A stretch of 64,000 bases of DNA, taken from assembly GCA_965217585.1 (NCBI GenBank), contig OZ244561.1, positions 416,001 to 480,000 on the forward strand. Reading direction: 5' to 3'. Below the pieces are notes generated by a model, which was not told the origin of the DNA, searched no databases, and was given only the letters and a program-made list of their open reading frames with translations. The stretch comes from Candidatus Latescibacterota bacterium (GTDB taxonomy: Bacteria; Latescibacterota; UBA2968; UBA8231). Below are positions 28,069 through 37,199 of this stretch, piece after piece. The translations under genes were made by a program, and so were the position numbers. Position 1 is the first letter of the stretch. Each line of letters starts with the position of its first letter.

Positions 28069-30228
28069 ATGGCAGGGCTTCTGTCCTTTTTCGTTTTTGC
28101 TATGCTGCTCAGTGCTGCGCACGTATTTGGTGCAACCGAATACCGTCTGGGCGGGATTAACGGCAACGATTGGCAGGCGGCCCTGACCGCAGAGAGCTTC
28201 TTCCAGATCCGGGATGCCGACGGCCAGCCACTGCGACAAGTACCGGTGGGGATATCGCCCTTTGGCGCGGGAGCCGACACGCTGGTCGATTTCTCCGGCA
28301 CAGCGATCCAACCCCGTTTGATTGACTCCTCCGTCAATATCGCCCGGGCCGATGTGGACGCCAGCAAGACCCAGATCCCCCTGCCCTATATGCCCAGTTC
28401 GAGAGTCCTTACTAATAATTGCGGTCAGGCGCAATTACACGCCAATACGATCAAGCTAATGCTGGACGGCGATCCCGCTACGGCCACTTTTCGCACCTTT
28501 GTGCAACGGGCCGGGGGCCGGCCTGGCGATGGCTTTACCTGGCGGGGGGCCGTGGTCTTTGATTTTGGCGGCGCAATCCCGATCAATCGCATCCGCTTCT
28601 ATCCTCGCCTGAGTCAGCGCGAAGATCGCCAACTGATCGAATCCCTGCGGGAACCGGCTCCAGATATCGAGCGCTTTGGCCAAGACAGCTTCCTCGACAA
28701 TTTCCTCGCTTGGTACGAGATCCGCACCGGCGACAATTCGGTCGTCTTTGCCCCAGATCCATGCAGCGGCACCAGCACCTTCCTCTTTGACAGCTCCAAG
28801 CGCGACATAGGCGCTGTGGCCACCAGCAAGCGACGCACCGTCTTGGGCGACTTGCGGTGGGTGCGGAGCGGCGATCCATTGCTGACGGTGCTGAAAACCA
28901 CCCATGAAAACCTCGACCCGGTCGTCGACCTGCGCTTTCCCACCCGGTCGACCCGCTGGCTCACCTTGCGTGCCTTCCCCTTGCGCGACTATGAAGTCGC
29001 CGAATTCGAAATCTACGGCGAGGGCTATGTCCCCGAGACCACCTACCTCACCCCCATCCTCGACTTCGGCCAAGCCGTCACTTGGGGCAAAATCCGCTGG
29101 GAAGGCGAAGTGCCCGACGGCACCCGCATCGAAATTCGCACCCGCACCGGCCACACCTCTGATCCGCTGCTCTACTTCGCACCCAATATCAACGACGACC
29201 TCATACCCATCACCCACGCCGAACACGCCAAAATCGATATCGCCGCCCGACTAGTCCCCACCTACGATGCCGACCACTGGAGCTTCTGGTCGTCGCCCTA
29301 TGAATTTGCCGCCGGCCAGCGCAATCCCAACCAGCCCGCCCGCGCCTGGCAGGACGGCATCCTGCTGTTGTCGCCCGGTCCCAGCCGCTACATCCAAATC
29401 GCCATCAAGCTCTTCGCCGACTTCAACGTGGCCCCTCGCCTCGACCAACTCACCCTGCAGTTGAGCGAGACCCTGTCGGCGCAGGCCCTCGTCGGTGAGA
29501 TCTGGCCCATTGAGGTCGCCTCCTTTGAACCGACCCCCTTTACCTATGTGGTCCTACCCACCCTCATAGACGACAATGCCGGCTTTGACCGCTTGGAAAT
29601 CCGCACCCATATCCGGGCGCACGCGGTGCGTTCGGTGCGCCTTGATGGCCAGCCAGTGGACTTAGACCTGTTCGTCCCGCACCTGCTCGATGATCGCCTC
29701 ATCGTGTCCTTCCCGCCGCTGACCGGCAGCGCCGACAGCTTCAAGCAGGTCGAGGTCGACTTCGACGTGCCGGTGCTGCGTTTCGGCACCGAGTTCAGCG
29801 GTTGGGTGTTCAGCAGCACGGATCCCGATCAGATCCGGCAGCGCATCGATCCGGGCAACGCCACGTTCCGCTTTGCCGGCAACTTGCTGGCGGTCAACAC
29901 GCCGGTGGGGGGTGACTTGCTGGTGGATGTGCGGGTGCCCGAGGTGTTCACGCCCAACGGCGACGGGATCAACGAGACCTTACCCATCGCTTACAAGCTG
30001 CGCGAAGTCACAGTCGATCGGCCGGTACAGGTGCGCATCTACGACTTGGCGGGTCGGCTGGTGGCGCACCTACCCGTGTTCAAGGCCCGCAGCGGGGTCT
30101 TTATCCAAGAGTGGAACGGCCGCGACGGGCAGGACGCCTTGGTCCAACCCGGCACCTATATCTACGAATTGACCCTCGATTCCGAGGAGCAACACACCCA
30201 ACAGGGCGTCTTTGCCGTCGCCTATTGA
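28069..30228 (+). CDS. Secreted discoidin-like/FlgD-Ig protein, tandem array copy 1 (paralog 4 of 7)
   Basis: Signal peptide, PINRIRFYP, YEVAEFEIYG, VFTPNGDGINE, IYDLAGRLV; AAGGAG RBS. Confidence 0.88.
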   Translation: MAGLLSFFVFAMLLSAAHVFGATEYRLGGINGNDWQAALTAESFFQIRDADGQPLRQVPVGISPFGAGADTLVDFSGTAIQPRLIDSSVNIARADVDASKTQIPLPYMPSSRVLTNNCGQAQLHANTIKLMLDGDPATATFRTFVQRAGGRPGDGFTWRGAVVFDFGGAIPINRIRFYPRLSQREDRQLIESLREPAPDIERFGQDSFLDNFLAWYEIRTGDNSVVFAPDPCSGTSTFLFDSSKRDIGAVATSKRRTVLGDLRWVRSGDPLLTVLKTTHENLDPVVDLRFPTRSTRWLTLRAFPLRDYEVAEFEIYGEGYVPETTYLTPILDFGQAVTWGKIRWEGEVPDGTRIEIRTRTGHTSDPLLYFAPNINDDLIPITHAEHAKIDIAARLVPTYDADHWSFWSSPYEFAAGQRNPNQPARAWQDGILLLSPGPSRYIQIAIKLFADFNVAPRLDQLTLQLSETLSAQALVGEIWPIEVASFEPTPFTYVVLPTLIDDNAGFDRLEIRTHIRAHAVRSVRLDGQPVDLDLFVPHLLDDRLIVSFPPLTGSADSFKQVEVDFDVPVLRFGTEFSGWVFSSTDPDQIRQRIDPGNATFRFAGNLLAVNTPVGGDLLVDVRVPEVFTPNGDGINETLPIAYKLREVTVDRPVQVRIYDLAGRLVAHLPVFKARSGVFIQEWNGRDGQDALVQPGTYIYELTLDSEEQHTQQGVFAVAY

Positions 30229-30340
30229 AATCGGAAGCGTGGAAGAAATTTTGTTTCTAAACGCTGAGCTTGGGTGTATACTTACTCTTCGCAACCTTTG
30301 AACTGCGCGTTTGTATTGGTGAAGCAGCAAGGAGGGCGTT

Positions 30341-32494
30341 ATGGCAGGCATAGTGTTGCTGTGTTTTTGCAGCGTCTTGCTCGGTGCTGTGCCCGTGTTG
30401 GGGGGGACGGAATACCGTCTAGGCGGGACCGATGGCAACCCTTGGCAGGCCATCCTAGCCGGGGAAAGCGCCTACCAAGCCTTTGCCGCTGACGGCCAAG
30501 TCGAGCGCCAAGTATCGGTGGGGGTTTCGCCCTTTGGGGCAGGGGCCGATACGCTGGTTGACTTTTCTGCTACCTCGATCCAACCTCGGCTTATTGACCC
30601 CAGCGTCAATATCGCCCGGGCCGATGTCAATGCCGGCAGGACCACCATCCCCTTGCCCTATATCCCCGGCTCCAGAGTCCTCAACAACAATGGTTGCTGG
30701 TCCTGGGGCAATTTTCAACCTTCGATCAAGCTAATGCTGGATGGCGATCCGACCACAGCCGCCTTCCGCACCTTTGTCCAAAAGGTCGGCTCGCCGCCGG
30801 GCGTGGGCTATACCTGGCGCTCGTCGGTGGTGTTCGATTTTGGTGCTGGTGTGCCCATCAACCGCATCCGCTTCTATCCTCGCCTGAGCCGGAGAGAGGA
30901 TCACCAGTTGATCCAGACTATGGACGTACCCACGCCGGAGGCGGAGAGCTTTGGCGAAGACAGCTTCTTGGCCAACTTCCTCGCTTGGTATGAGATCCGC
31001 ACTGGTGATAACTCCATCGTCTTTGGCAATGACCCCTGTAGCGGCGACGGCCGTAGCGGCGCCAGCAGCCGCAACGGCAGTGTGGCGACGAGCAAACGGC
31101 GCACCGTCTTGGGCGACTTGCGGTGGGTGCGCAATGGCGATCCCCTGCTGACGGTGCTGGAATCCACCCGCGAAAACCTCGACCCCGTCGTCGATATGCG
31201 CTTTCCCGTCCGCTCGACCCGCTGGCTCACCCTGCGCGCCTTCCCCTTGCGCGACTATGAAATCGCCGAATTCGAAATCTACGGCGACGGCTACGTCCAC
31301 GAGACCACCTACCTCACCCCCATCCTCGACTTCGGACAAGCCGTCACCTGGGGCAAAATACGCTGGGAAGGCGACGTGCCCGCCGGCACCCGCATCGAAA
31401 TTCGCACCCGCACCGGCCACACCCCCGATCCGCTGCTCTACTTCGCTCCCAATATCAACGACGAAATCGTACCCATCACCCGCGCTCAATACGACGAAAT
31501 CGACAAAGCCGCTCAATTGCTGCCTGTCTACGATGCCGACCACTGGAGCTTCTGGTCGTCGCCCTACGACTTTGCCGCCGGTCAACGCAATCCCAACCAG
31601 CCCGCCCGCGCCTGGCAGGACGGGATCCTACTGCTGTCGCCCGGTCCCAGCCGCTACATCCAAATCGCTATCAAGCTCTTCGCCGACTTCAACGTGGCAC
31701 CTCGCCTCGACCAACTCACCCTGCAGTTGAGTGAAACCCTGTCGGCGCAGGTCCTCGTCGGTGAGATCTGGCCCATTGAGGTCGCCTCCTTTGAACCGAT
31801 CCCCTTTACCTATGTGGTCCTACCCACCCTCATAGACGACAACGCCGGCTTTGACCGCTTGGAAATCCTCACCCATATCCGGGCGCACACCGTGCGCGCG
31901 GTGCGCCTTGATGGGCAGCCAGTGGACCTAGACCAGTTCGTCCCGCATCTGCTCGATGATCGCCTCATCGTGTCCTTCCCACCGCTGAGCGGCAGCGCTG
32001 ACAACTTCAAGCAGGTCGAGGTCGACTTCGACGTGCCGGTGCTGCGCTTTGGCACCGAGTTCAGCGGCTGGGTCTTCAGCAGCACAGATCCCGATCAGAT
32101 CCGGCAACGCATCGATCCGGGCAACGCCACGTTCCGCTTTGCTGGCAACTTGCTGGCCGTCAACACGCCGGTGGGGGGTGATCTGCTGGTGGATGTGGCT
32201 GTGCCCGAGGTGTTCACGCCCAACGGCGACGGGATCAACGAGACCTTGACCATCACCTACAAGCTGCGCGAGGTCACCGCCGACCGGCCGGTGCAGGTGC
32301 GCATCTACGACTTGGCGGGCCGACTGGTGGCGCATCTACCGGTGTTCAAGGCCCGCAGCGGTGTCTTTGTCCAGCAGTGGAACGGCCGCGACGGGCAGGA
32401 CGCCCTGGTCCAACCCGGCACCTATATCTACGAATTGACCCTCGATTCCGAGGAGCAACACACCCAACAGGGCGTCTTTGCCGTCGCCTATTGA
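30341..32494 (+). CDS. Secreted discoidin-like/FlgD-Ig protein, tandem array copy 2 (paralog 5 of 7)
   Basis: C-terminal two thirds nearly identical to copy 1; N-terminal region of the alternative type. Confidence 0.88.
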   Translation: MAGIVLLCFCSVLLGAVPVLGGTEYRLGGTDGNPWQAILAGESAYQAFAADGQVERQVSVGVSPFGAGADTLVDFSATSIQPRLIDPSVNIARADVNAGRTTIPLPYIPGSRVLNNNGCWSWGNFQPSIKLMLDGDPTTAAFRTFVQKVGSPPGVGYTWRSSVVFDFGAGVPINRIRFYPRLSRREDHQLIQTMDVPTPEAESFGEDSFLANFLAWYEIRTGDNSIVFGNDPCSGDGRSGASSRNGSVATSKRRTVLGDLRWVRNGDPLLTVLESTRENLDPVVDMRFPVRSTRWLTLRAFPLRDYEIAEFEIYGDGYVHETTYLTPILDFGQAVTWGKIRWEGDVPAGTRIEIRTRTGHTPDPLLYFAPNINDEIVPITRAQYDEIDKAAQLLPVYDADHWSFWSSPYDFAAGQRNPNQPARAWQDGILLLSPGPSRYIQIAIKLFADFNVAPRLDQLTLQLSETLSAQVLVGEIWPIEVASFEPIPFTYVVLPTLIDDNAGFDRLEILTHIRAHTVRAVRLDGQPVDLDQFVPHLLDDRLIVSFPPLSGSADNFKQVEVDFDVPVLRFGTEFSGWVFSSTDPDQIRQRIDPGNATFRFAGNLLAVNTPVGGDLLVDVAVPEVFTPNGDGINETLTITYKLREVTADRPVQVRIYDLAGRLVAHLPVFKARSGVFVQQWNGRDGQDALVQPGTYIYELTLDSEEQHTQQGVFAVAY

Positions 32495-32606
32495 AACTGG
32501 AAGCGTGGAAGAGATTTTGTTTCTAAACGCTGAGCTTGGGTGTATACTTACTCTTCGCAACCCTTGAACTGCACACTTGTATTGGTGAAGCAGCAAGGAA
32601 GGCGTT

Positions 32607-34757
32607 ATGGCAGGCATCGTGTTGCTCTGTTTTTGCAGCGTCTTGCTCGGTGCTGTGCCCGTGTTGGGGGGGACGGAATACCGCCTGGGCGGGCCCGATG
32701 GCAACCCTTGGCAGGCCATCCTATCCGGGGGAAGCGCCTACCAAGCCTTTGCGGCCGATGGTCAAGTCGAACGCCAAGTATCGGTGGGGATATCGCCCTT
32801 TGGGGCGGGGGCCGATACGCTGGTCGATTTCTCTGGCACAGCCATCCAGCCCCGTTTGATTGACTCCTCCGTCAATATCGCCCGGGCCGATGTGGACGCC
32901 AGCAAGACCCAGATCCCCCTGCCCTATATGCCCGGTTCGAGAGTCCTTACCAATAGTTGCGGTCAGGCGCAAGGACATGCCAATACGATCAAGCTAATGC
33001 TGGACGCCAATCCCGCTACGGCCACCTTCCGCACCTTTGTGCAACGGGTCGGAGGCCGGCCTGGGGATGGCTTTTCTTGGCGGGGGGCTGTAGTCTTTGA
33101 TTTTGGCGGCGCGATCCCGATCAATCGCATCCGCTTCTATCCCCGCCTAAGTCAGCGCGAAGACCGCCAACTGATCGAGTCCCTGCGGGAACCGGCTCCG
33201 GATATCGAGCGCTTTGGCCAAGACAGCTTCCTAGCCAATTTCCTCGCTTGGTACGAGATCCGCACCGGCGATAACTCGGTCGTCTTTGCCCCAGATCCAT
33301 GCAGCGGCACTGGCCGTAACAGCGCCTACAGCTACAACGACGTTGTGGCGACGAGCAAGCGACGCACCGTCTTGGGCGACTTGCGGTGGGTGCGGAGCGG
33401 CGATCCACTGCTGACGGTGCTGGAATCCACCCGCGAAAACCTCGACCCCGTCGTCGATCTACGCTTCCCCGTCCGCTCGACCCGCTGGCTCACGCTGCGC
33501 GCCTTCCCCCTGCGCGACTATGAAGTCGCTGAATTCGAAATCTACGGCGACGGCTATGTCCCCGAGACCACCTACCTCACCCCTATCCTCGACTTCGGCC
33601 AAGCCGTCACCTGGGGCAAAATACGCTGGGAAGGCGACATGCCCGCCGGCACCCGCATCGAGATTCGCACCCGCACCGGCCACACCCCCGATCCACTGCT
33701 CTACTTTGCCCCCAATATCAACGACGAAATCGTACCCATCACCCGCGCCGAACAAGCCAAAATCGATATCGCCGCTCAACTGCTGCCCGTCTACGATGCC
33801 GACCACTGGAGCTTCTGGTCGTCGCCCTACGAGTTTGCCGCCGGCCAGCGCAACCCCAACCAGCCCGCCCGCGACTGGCAGGACGGAATGCTGCTTTTGT
33901 CGCCCGGTCCCAGCCGCTACATCCAACTCGCCATCAAGCTCTTCGCCAACTTCAATGTGGCACCCCGTCTCGACCAACTCACCTTGCAGTTGAGCGAGAC
34001 CCTGTCGGCGCAGGCCCTCGTCGGTGAGATCTGGCCCATTGAGGTCGCCTCCTTTGAATCCACCCCCTTTACGTATGTGGTTCTGCCCACCCTCAGCGAC
34101 GATAATGCCGGCTTTGACCGCTTGGAAATCCTCACCCATGTCCGGGTTCACGCGGTGCGCGCGGTGCGCATCGACGGGCAGCCAGTAGACCTAGATCAGT
34201 TCGTCCCCCACCTGCTCGATGATCGCCTCATCGTGTCCTTCCCATCGCTGACCGGCAGCGCCGACAGCTTCAAGCAGGTCGAGGTCGATTTCGACGTGCC
34301 GGTACTGCGCTTTGGCACCGAGTTCAGCGGCTGGGTCTTCAGCAGCACAGATCCCGATCAGATCCGGCAGCGCATCGATCCGGGCAACGCCACGTTCCGC
34401 TTTGCGGGGAATTTGCTGGCCGTCAGCACGCCGGTAGGGGGCGATCTGTTGGTGGATGTGCAGGTGCCTCAGATGTTCACGCCCAATGGCGATAGGATCA
34501 ACGATATTTTGACCATCACCTACAAGCTGCGCGAGGTCACCGCCGACCGGCCGGTACAGGTGCGCATCTACGACTTAGCGGGCCGGCTGGTGGCGCACCT
34601 GCCCGTGTTCAAAGCCCGCAGTGGTGTCTTCATCCAAGAATGGAACGGCCGCGACGGGCAGGACGCCTTGGTTCAGCCCGGCACCTATATCTACGAATTG
34701 ACCCTCGATTCTGAGGAGCAGCACACCCAACGCGGCGTCTTTGCCGTCGCCTATTGA
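32607..34757 (+). CDS. Secreted discoidin-like/FlgD-Ig protein, tandem array copy 3 (paralog 6 of 7), chimeric
   Basis: First ~60 aa resemble copies 2/4; the following variable region resembles copy 1. Confidence 0.88.
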   Translation: MAGIVLLCFCSVLLGAVPVLGGTEYRLGGPDGNPWQAILSGGSAYQAFAADGQVERQVSVGISPFGAGADTLVDFSGTAIQPRLIDSSVNIARADVDASKTQIPLPYMPGSRVLTNSCGQAQGHANTIKLMLDANPATATFRTFVQRVGGRPGDGFSWRGAVVFDFGGAIPINRIRFYPRLSQREDRQLIESLREPAPDIERFGQDSFLANFLAWYEIRTGDNSVVFAPDPCSGTGRNSAYSYNDVVATSKRRTVLGDLRWVRSGDPLLTVLESTRENLDPVVDLRFPVRSTRWLTLRAFPLRDYEVAEFEIYGDGYVPETTYLTPILDFGQAVTWGKIRWEGDMPAGTRIEIRTRTGHTPDPLLYFAPNINDEIVPITRAEQAKIDIAAQLLPVYDADHWSFWSSPYEFAAGQRNPNQPARDWQDGMLLLSPGPSRYIQLAIKLFANFNVAPRLDQLTLQLSETLSAQALVGEIWPIEVASFESTPFTYVVLPTLSDDNAGFDRLEILTHVRVHAVRAVRIDGQPVDLDQFVPHLLDDRLIVSFPSLTGSADSFKQVEVDFDVPVLRFGTEFSGWVFSSTDPDQIRQRIDPGNATFRFAGNLLAVSTPVGGDLLVDVQVPQMFTPNGDRINDILTITYKLREVTADRPVQVRIYDLAGRLVAHLPVFKARSGVFIQEWNGRDGQDALVQPGTYIYELTLDSEEQHTQRGVFAVAY

Positions 34758-34796
34758 AATCGAAAACAGGGAAGAATTTTTGTTTTTAAACGCTCA

Positions 34797-34879
34797 GTGG
34801 TCTTTCAATTAAGTTTATTGCCTGAATCCAGACTAAAAGACCAAAATAAAAATGGCAACTAACTTTTTTGAAACACCAC
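34797..34879. mobile_element. 83-bp MITE (short, empty copy)
   Basis: Same ends as 2384-3707; TCA duplicated at 34794-34796 and 34880-34882; absent from the paralogous spacers near 30262 and 32528, which read CGCTGAGCT. Confidence 0.9.
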
Positions 34880-34956
34880 TCAGCTCGGGTGTATATTTAA
34901 TCTTCGCAACCTTTGAACTGCACGCTTGTATTGGTTAATCAACCAAGGAGGAAGTT

Positions 34957-37113
34957 ATGGCAGGCATAGTGTTGCTGTGTTTTTGCAGCGTCTTGCTGGG
35001 TTCTGCGCCCGTGTTGGGGGGGACGGAATACCGCTTAGGTGGGACCGATGGTAACCCTTGGCAGGCCATCCTGGCCGGGGAAAGCGTCTACCAGGCTTTT
35101 GCTGCTGACGGCCAAGCGGAGCGCCAAGTATCGGTGGGGATTGCGCCCTTTGGGGTGGGAGCCGACACCCTAATCGACTTTTCCGGCACCTCGATCCAAC
35201 CTCGGCTCATTGACCCCAGCGTCAATATCACCCGGGCCGATGTGGACGCCGGCAGGGCCACCATCCCCTTGCCCTATATCCCCGGCTCCAGAGTCCTCAA
35301 CAACAATAGTTGCTGGTCCTGGGGCAACATGCAACCCTCGATCAAGCTGATGCTGGACGGCGATCCGACCACGGCCGCCTTTCGCACCTTTGTCCAAAAG
35401 GTCGGCTCGCCGCCGGGCGTGGGCTATGGCTGGAGCAATTCCGTGATATTCGATTTTGGAACTGGTGTGCCCATCAACCGCATCCGCTTCTATCCCCGCC
35501 TGAGCCGGCGGGAAGACCGCCCGTTGATCGAAACCATGAGCGCTCCCACCCCCGCCGTCGAAACCTTTGGCCAAGACAGCTTCCTCGACAATTTCCTCGC
35601 CTGGTACGAGATCCGCATCGGCGATAATTCGATTGTCTTTGCCAATGACTCATGCAATGCCAACGACTACGGCAGCGGCGGAGCTCGCAATAGCAACGTT
35701 GTGGCCACCAGCAAGCGGCGCACAGTGCTGGGCGACTTGACCTGGGTGCGCAATGGCGACCCCAGACTGACGGTGCTGAAAACCACCCGCGAAAATCTCG
35801 ACCCCGTCGTCGATCTGCGCTTCCCCGTCCGCTCGGTCCGCTGGCTCACCCTGCGCGCCTTCCCCCTGCGCGACTATGAAATCGCCGAATTCGAAATCTA
35901 CGGCGACGGCTACGTCCAAGAGGCCACCTACCTCACCCCCATCCTCGACTTCGGCCAAGCCGTCACCTGGGGCAAAATCCGCTGGGAAGGCGAAGTGCCC
36001 GCCGGCACCCGCATCGAAATTCGCACCCGCACCGGCCACACCCCCGATCCACTGCTCTACTTTGCCCCCAATATCAACGACGACCTCATACCCATCACCC
36101 GCACCCAATACGACGCAATCGATATCGCCGTTCAATTACTTCCCATCTACGATGCCGACCACTGGAGCTTCTGGTCGTCGCCCTACGAGTTTGCCGCCGG
36201 CCAACGCAACCCCAACCAACCCGCCCGCGCCTGGGAGGATGGAATCCTGCTTTTGTCGCCCGGTCCCAGCCGCTACATCCAACTCGCCATCAAGCTCTTC
36301 GCCGACTTCCATGTAGCACCTCGCATCGATCAACTCACCTTGCAGTTGAGCGAAACCCTGTCGGCTCAAGCCCTCGTCGGCGAGATCTGGCCCATTGAGG
36401 TCGCCTCCTTTGAACCGATCCCCTTTACCTATGTGGTCTTGCCCACCCTCAACAACGACAACGCCGGCTTTGACCGCTTGGAAATCCTCACCCACGTCCG
36501 GGTTCACGCGGTGCGCTCGGTGCGCATCGATGGCCAGCCCGTCGACCTAGACCAGTTCGTCCCCCACCTGCTCGATGATCGCCTGATCGTGTCCTTCCCG
36601 CCGCTGACCGGCAGCGCCGACAGCTTCAAGCAGGTCGAGGTCGACTTCGACGTGCCGGTGCTGCGCTTTGGCACCGAGTTCAGCGGCTGGGTGTTCAGCA
36701 GCACGGATCCCGATCAGATCCGGCAGCGCATCGATCCGGGCAACGCCACGTTCCGCTTTGCTGGCAACTTGCTGGCGGTCAACACGCCGGTGGGGGGTGA
36801 TCTGCTGGTGGATGTGCGGGTGCCCGAGGTGTTCACGCCCAACGGCGACGGGATCAACGAGACCTTGCCCATCGCCTACAAGCTACGCGAGGTCACCGCC
36901 GACCGGCCGGTACAGGTGCGCATCTACGACTTAGCGGGCCGACTGGTGGCGCATCTACCGGTGTTCAAGGCCCGCAGTGGTGTCTTTATCCAGGAGTGGA
37001 ACGGCCGCAATGAGCAGGACGCCTTGGTTCAGCCCGGTACCTATATCTACGAATTGACTCTCGATTCCGAGGAGCAACACATCCAACAAGGCGTCTTTGC
37101 CGTTGCTTACTAG
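34957..37113 (+). CDS. Secreted discoidin-like/FlgD-Ig protein, tandem array copy 4 (paralog 7 of 7)
   Basis: N-terminal region of the copy-2 type; conserved C-terminus ending GVFAVAY; AAGGAGG RBS. Confidence 0.88.
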   Translation: MAGIVLLCFCSVLLGSAPVLGGTEYRLGGTDGNPWQAILAGESVYQAFAADGQAERQVSVGIAPFGVGADTLIDFSGTSIQPRLIDPSVNITRADVDAGRATIPLPYIPGSRVLNNNSCWSWGNMQPSIKLMLDGDPTTAAFRTFVQKVGSPPGVGYGWSNSVIFDFGTGVPINRIRFYPRLSRREDRPLIETMSAPTPAVETFGQDSFLDNFLAWYEIRIGDNSIVFANDSCNANDYGSGGARNSNVVATSKRRTVLGDLTWVRNGDPRLTVLKTTRENLDPVVDLRFPVRSVRWLTLRAFPLRDYEIAEFEIYGDGYVQEATYLTPILDFGQAVTWGKIRWEGEVPAGTRIEIRTRTGHTPDPLLYFAPNINDDLIPITRTQYDAIDIAVQLLPIYDADHWSFWSSPYEFAAGQRNPNQPARAWEDGILLLSPGPSRYIQLAIKLFADFHVAPRIDQLTLQLSETLSAQALVGEIWPIEVASFEPIPFTYVVLPTLNNDNAGFDRLEILTHVRVHAVRSVRIDGQPVDLDQFVPHLLDDRLIVSFPPLTGSADSFKQVEVDFDVPVLRFGTEFSGWVFSSTDPDQIRQRIDPGNATFRFAGNLLAVNTPVGGDLLVDVRVPEVFTPNGDGINETLPIAYKLREVTADRPVQVRIYDLAGRLVAHLPVFKARSGVFIQEWNGRNEQDALVQPGTYIYELTLDSEEQHIQQGVFAVAY

Positions 37114-37199
37114 TCTCGCGTCCCAGCGATAACAGGTGGTAATTCTGGCGCTAAGGCCCTCGGCTCAGATTGCAAGAATATAACACTCCAAACAGCCTC

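Noticed and set aside
28069-37113. Diversity-generating retroelement as the source of variation in the array
   Set aside because: No reverse transcriptase or template repeat in the window; differences include indels and are not confined to adenines
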